64,000 bases of DNA from Macrostomum lignano. Taxonomy: Eukaryota. A program made the position numbers and the translations under genes. Shown piece by piece: positions 63,425-64,000 of the stretch (position 1 is the stretch's first letter; each line of letters starts with the position of its first letter). Under the pieces are notes generated by a model, which ran no database searches, had not been told where the DNA came from, and was given only the letters and a program-made list of their open reading frames with translations. Where the stretch lies: positions 1 through 64,000 of the forward strand of contig NIVC01001086.1 of NCBI GenBank assembly GCA_002269645.1, read 5' to 3'.

Positions 63425-64000
63425 ATTTCCCGCAGGAAGTTTTCCCACCGTGGTTTTCCCGTGAGAGTTTTTCCCGCCGAGGTTTTCCCGCCGGATTTTT
63501 CCTGTCGGAATTTCAAGTTAAATCCAATCGGATTTGAAATATAGTCTAGTCTAGTTCTAATCTAGTCTGTTTTTAATCTAGTCTAGTTTATGTCTAGTCT
63601 AGTCTAGTCTAGGCTATTTCTAATCTAGTCCAGCATTGTCTATAGACTGGATTTGACATGAGATTCCGACTGTAAAAACCCCGCGGGAAAATCTCGGCGG
63701 GAAAACCTCGGCCGGAAAACCTCGGCGGGAAAATCTCGGCGGGAAAACCTCGGCGGGAAAACCTCGGCGGGAAAAGCTCCGCGGGAAAACCTCGGCGGGA
63801 AAACCTCGGCGGGAAAACCTCGGCGGGAAAACCTCGGCCGGAAAACCTCGGCGGGAAAACCTCGGCGGGAAAACCTCGGCGGGAAAACCTCGGCGGGAAA
63901 ACCTCGGCGGGAAAATCTCGGCGGGAAAACCTCGGCGGGAAAACCTCCGCGGGAAAATCTCGGCGTGAAAACCTCGGCGGGAAAAGCTCCGCGGGAAAAC
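63425..64000. mobile_element. Foldback/MITE-like element: inverted arms built from 14-bp GAAAACCTCGGCGG units around a (TCTAG)n spacer; right arm runs off the window
   Basis: Left-arm units (TTTTCCCGCCGAGG) are the reverse complement of the right-hand array. The inner unique arm segments also pair (21/26 by hand). Confidence 0.55.

Overview
Eukaryotic (animal) genomic DNA with GC-rich exons and introns packed with intron-specific mini/microsatellites, an architecture that suggests a Macrostomum-type flatworm (inference). I reconstructed eight spliced genes by hand: GTF3C3 (5' part), TCP1/CCT1 and DDX47 on the minus strand; a CCDC178-like coiled-coil gene and an uncharacterised HAD-like gene on plus; an hnRNP A/B-D (squid-like) two-RRM gene and a FaNaC-like DEG/ENaC channel on minus; and a C2orf50/CIMIP5 homolog on plus. 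The window also has an intact tRNA-Thr(TGT), a CORE-type SINE, an RTE-like LINE fragment and a foldback/MITE-like element. The standout is a full-length 8.18-kb Ty3/Gypsy LTR retrotransposon (37304-45481, apparently identical 421-bp LTRs). It sits inside the D-loop/A-box of a tRNA-Thr(AGT) gene (CTAG target-site duplication) and encodes a cold-shock domain between its Gag CCHC knuckle and protease. Other notable signals are inverted 24-bp minisatellite arrays flanking the DEAD-motif exon of DDX47, and a sharply bounded ~2.7-kb almost CpG-free domain over the DDX47 5' end. Most long ORFs in the supplied track are tandem-repeat artefacts. Several single-base frameshifts look like assembly indel errors.
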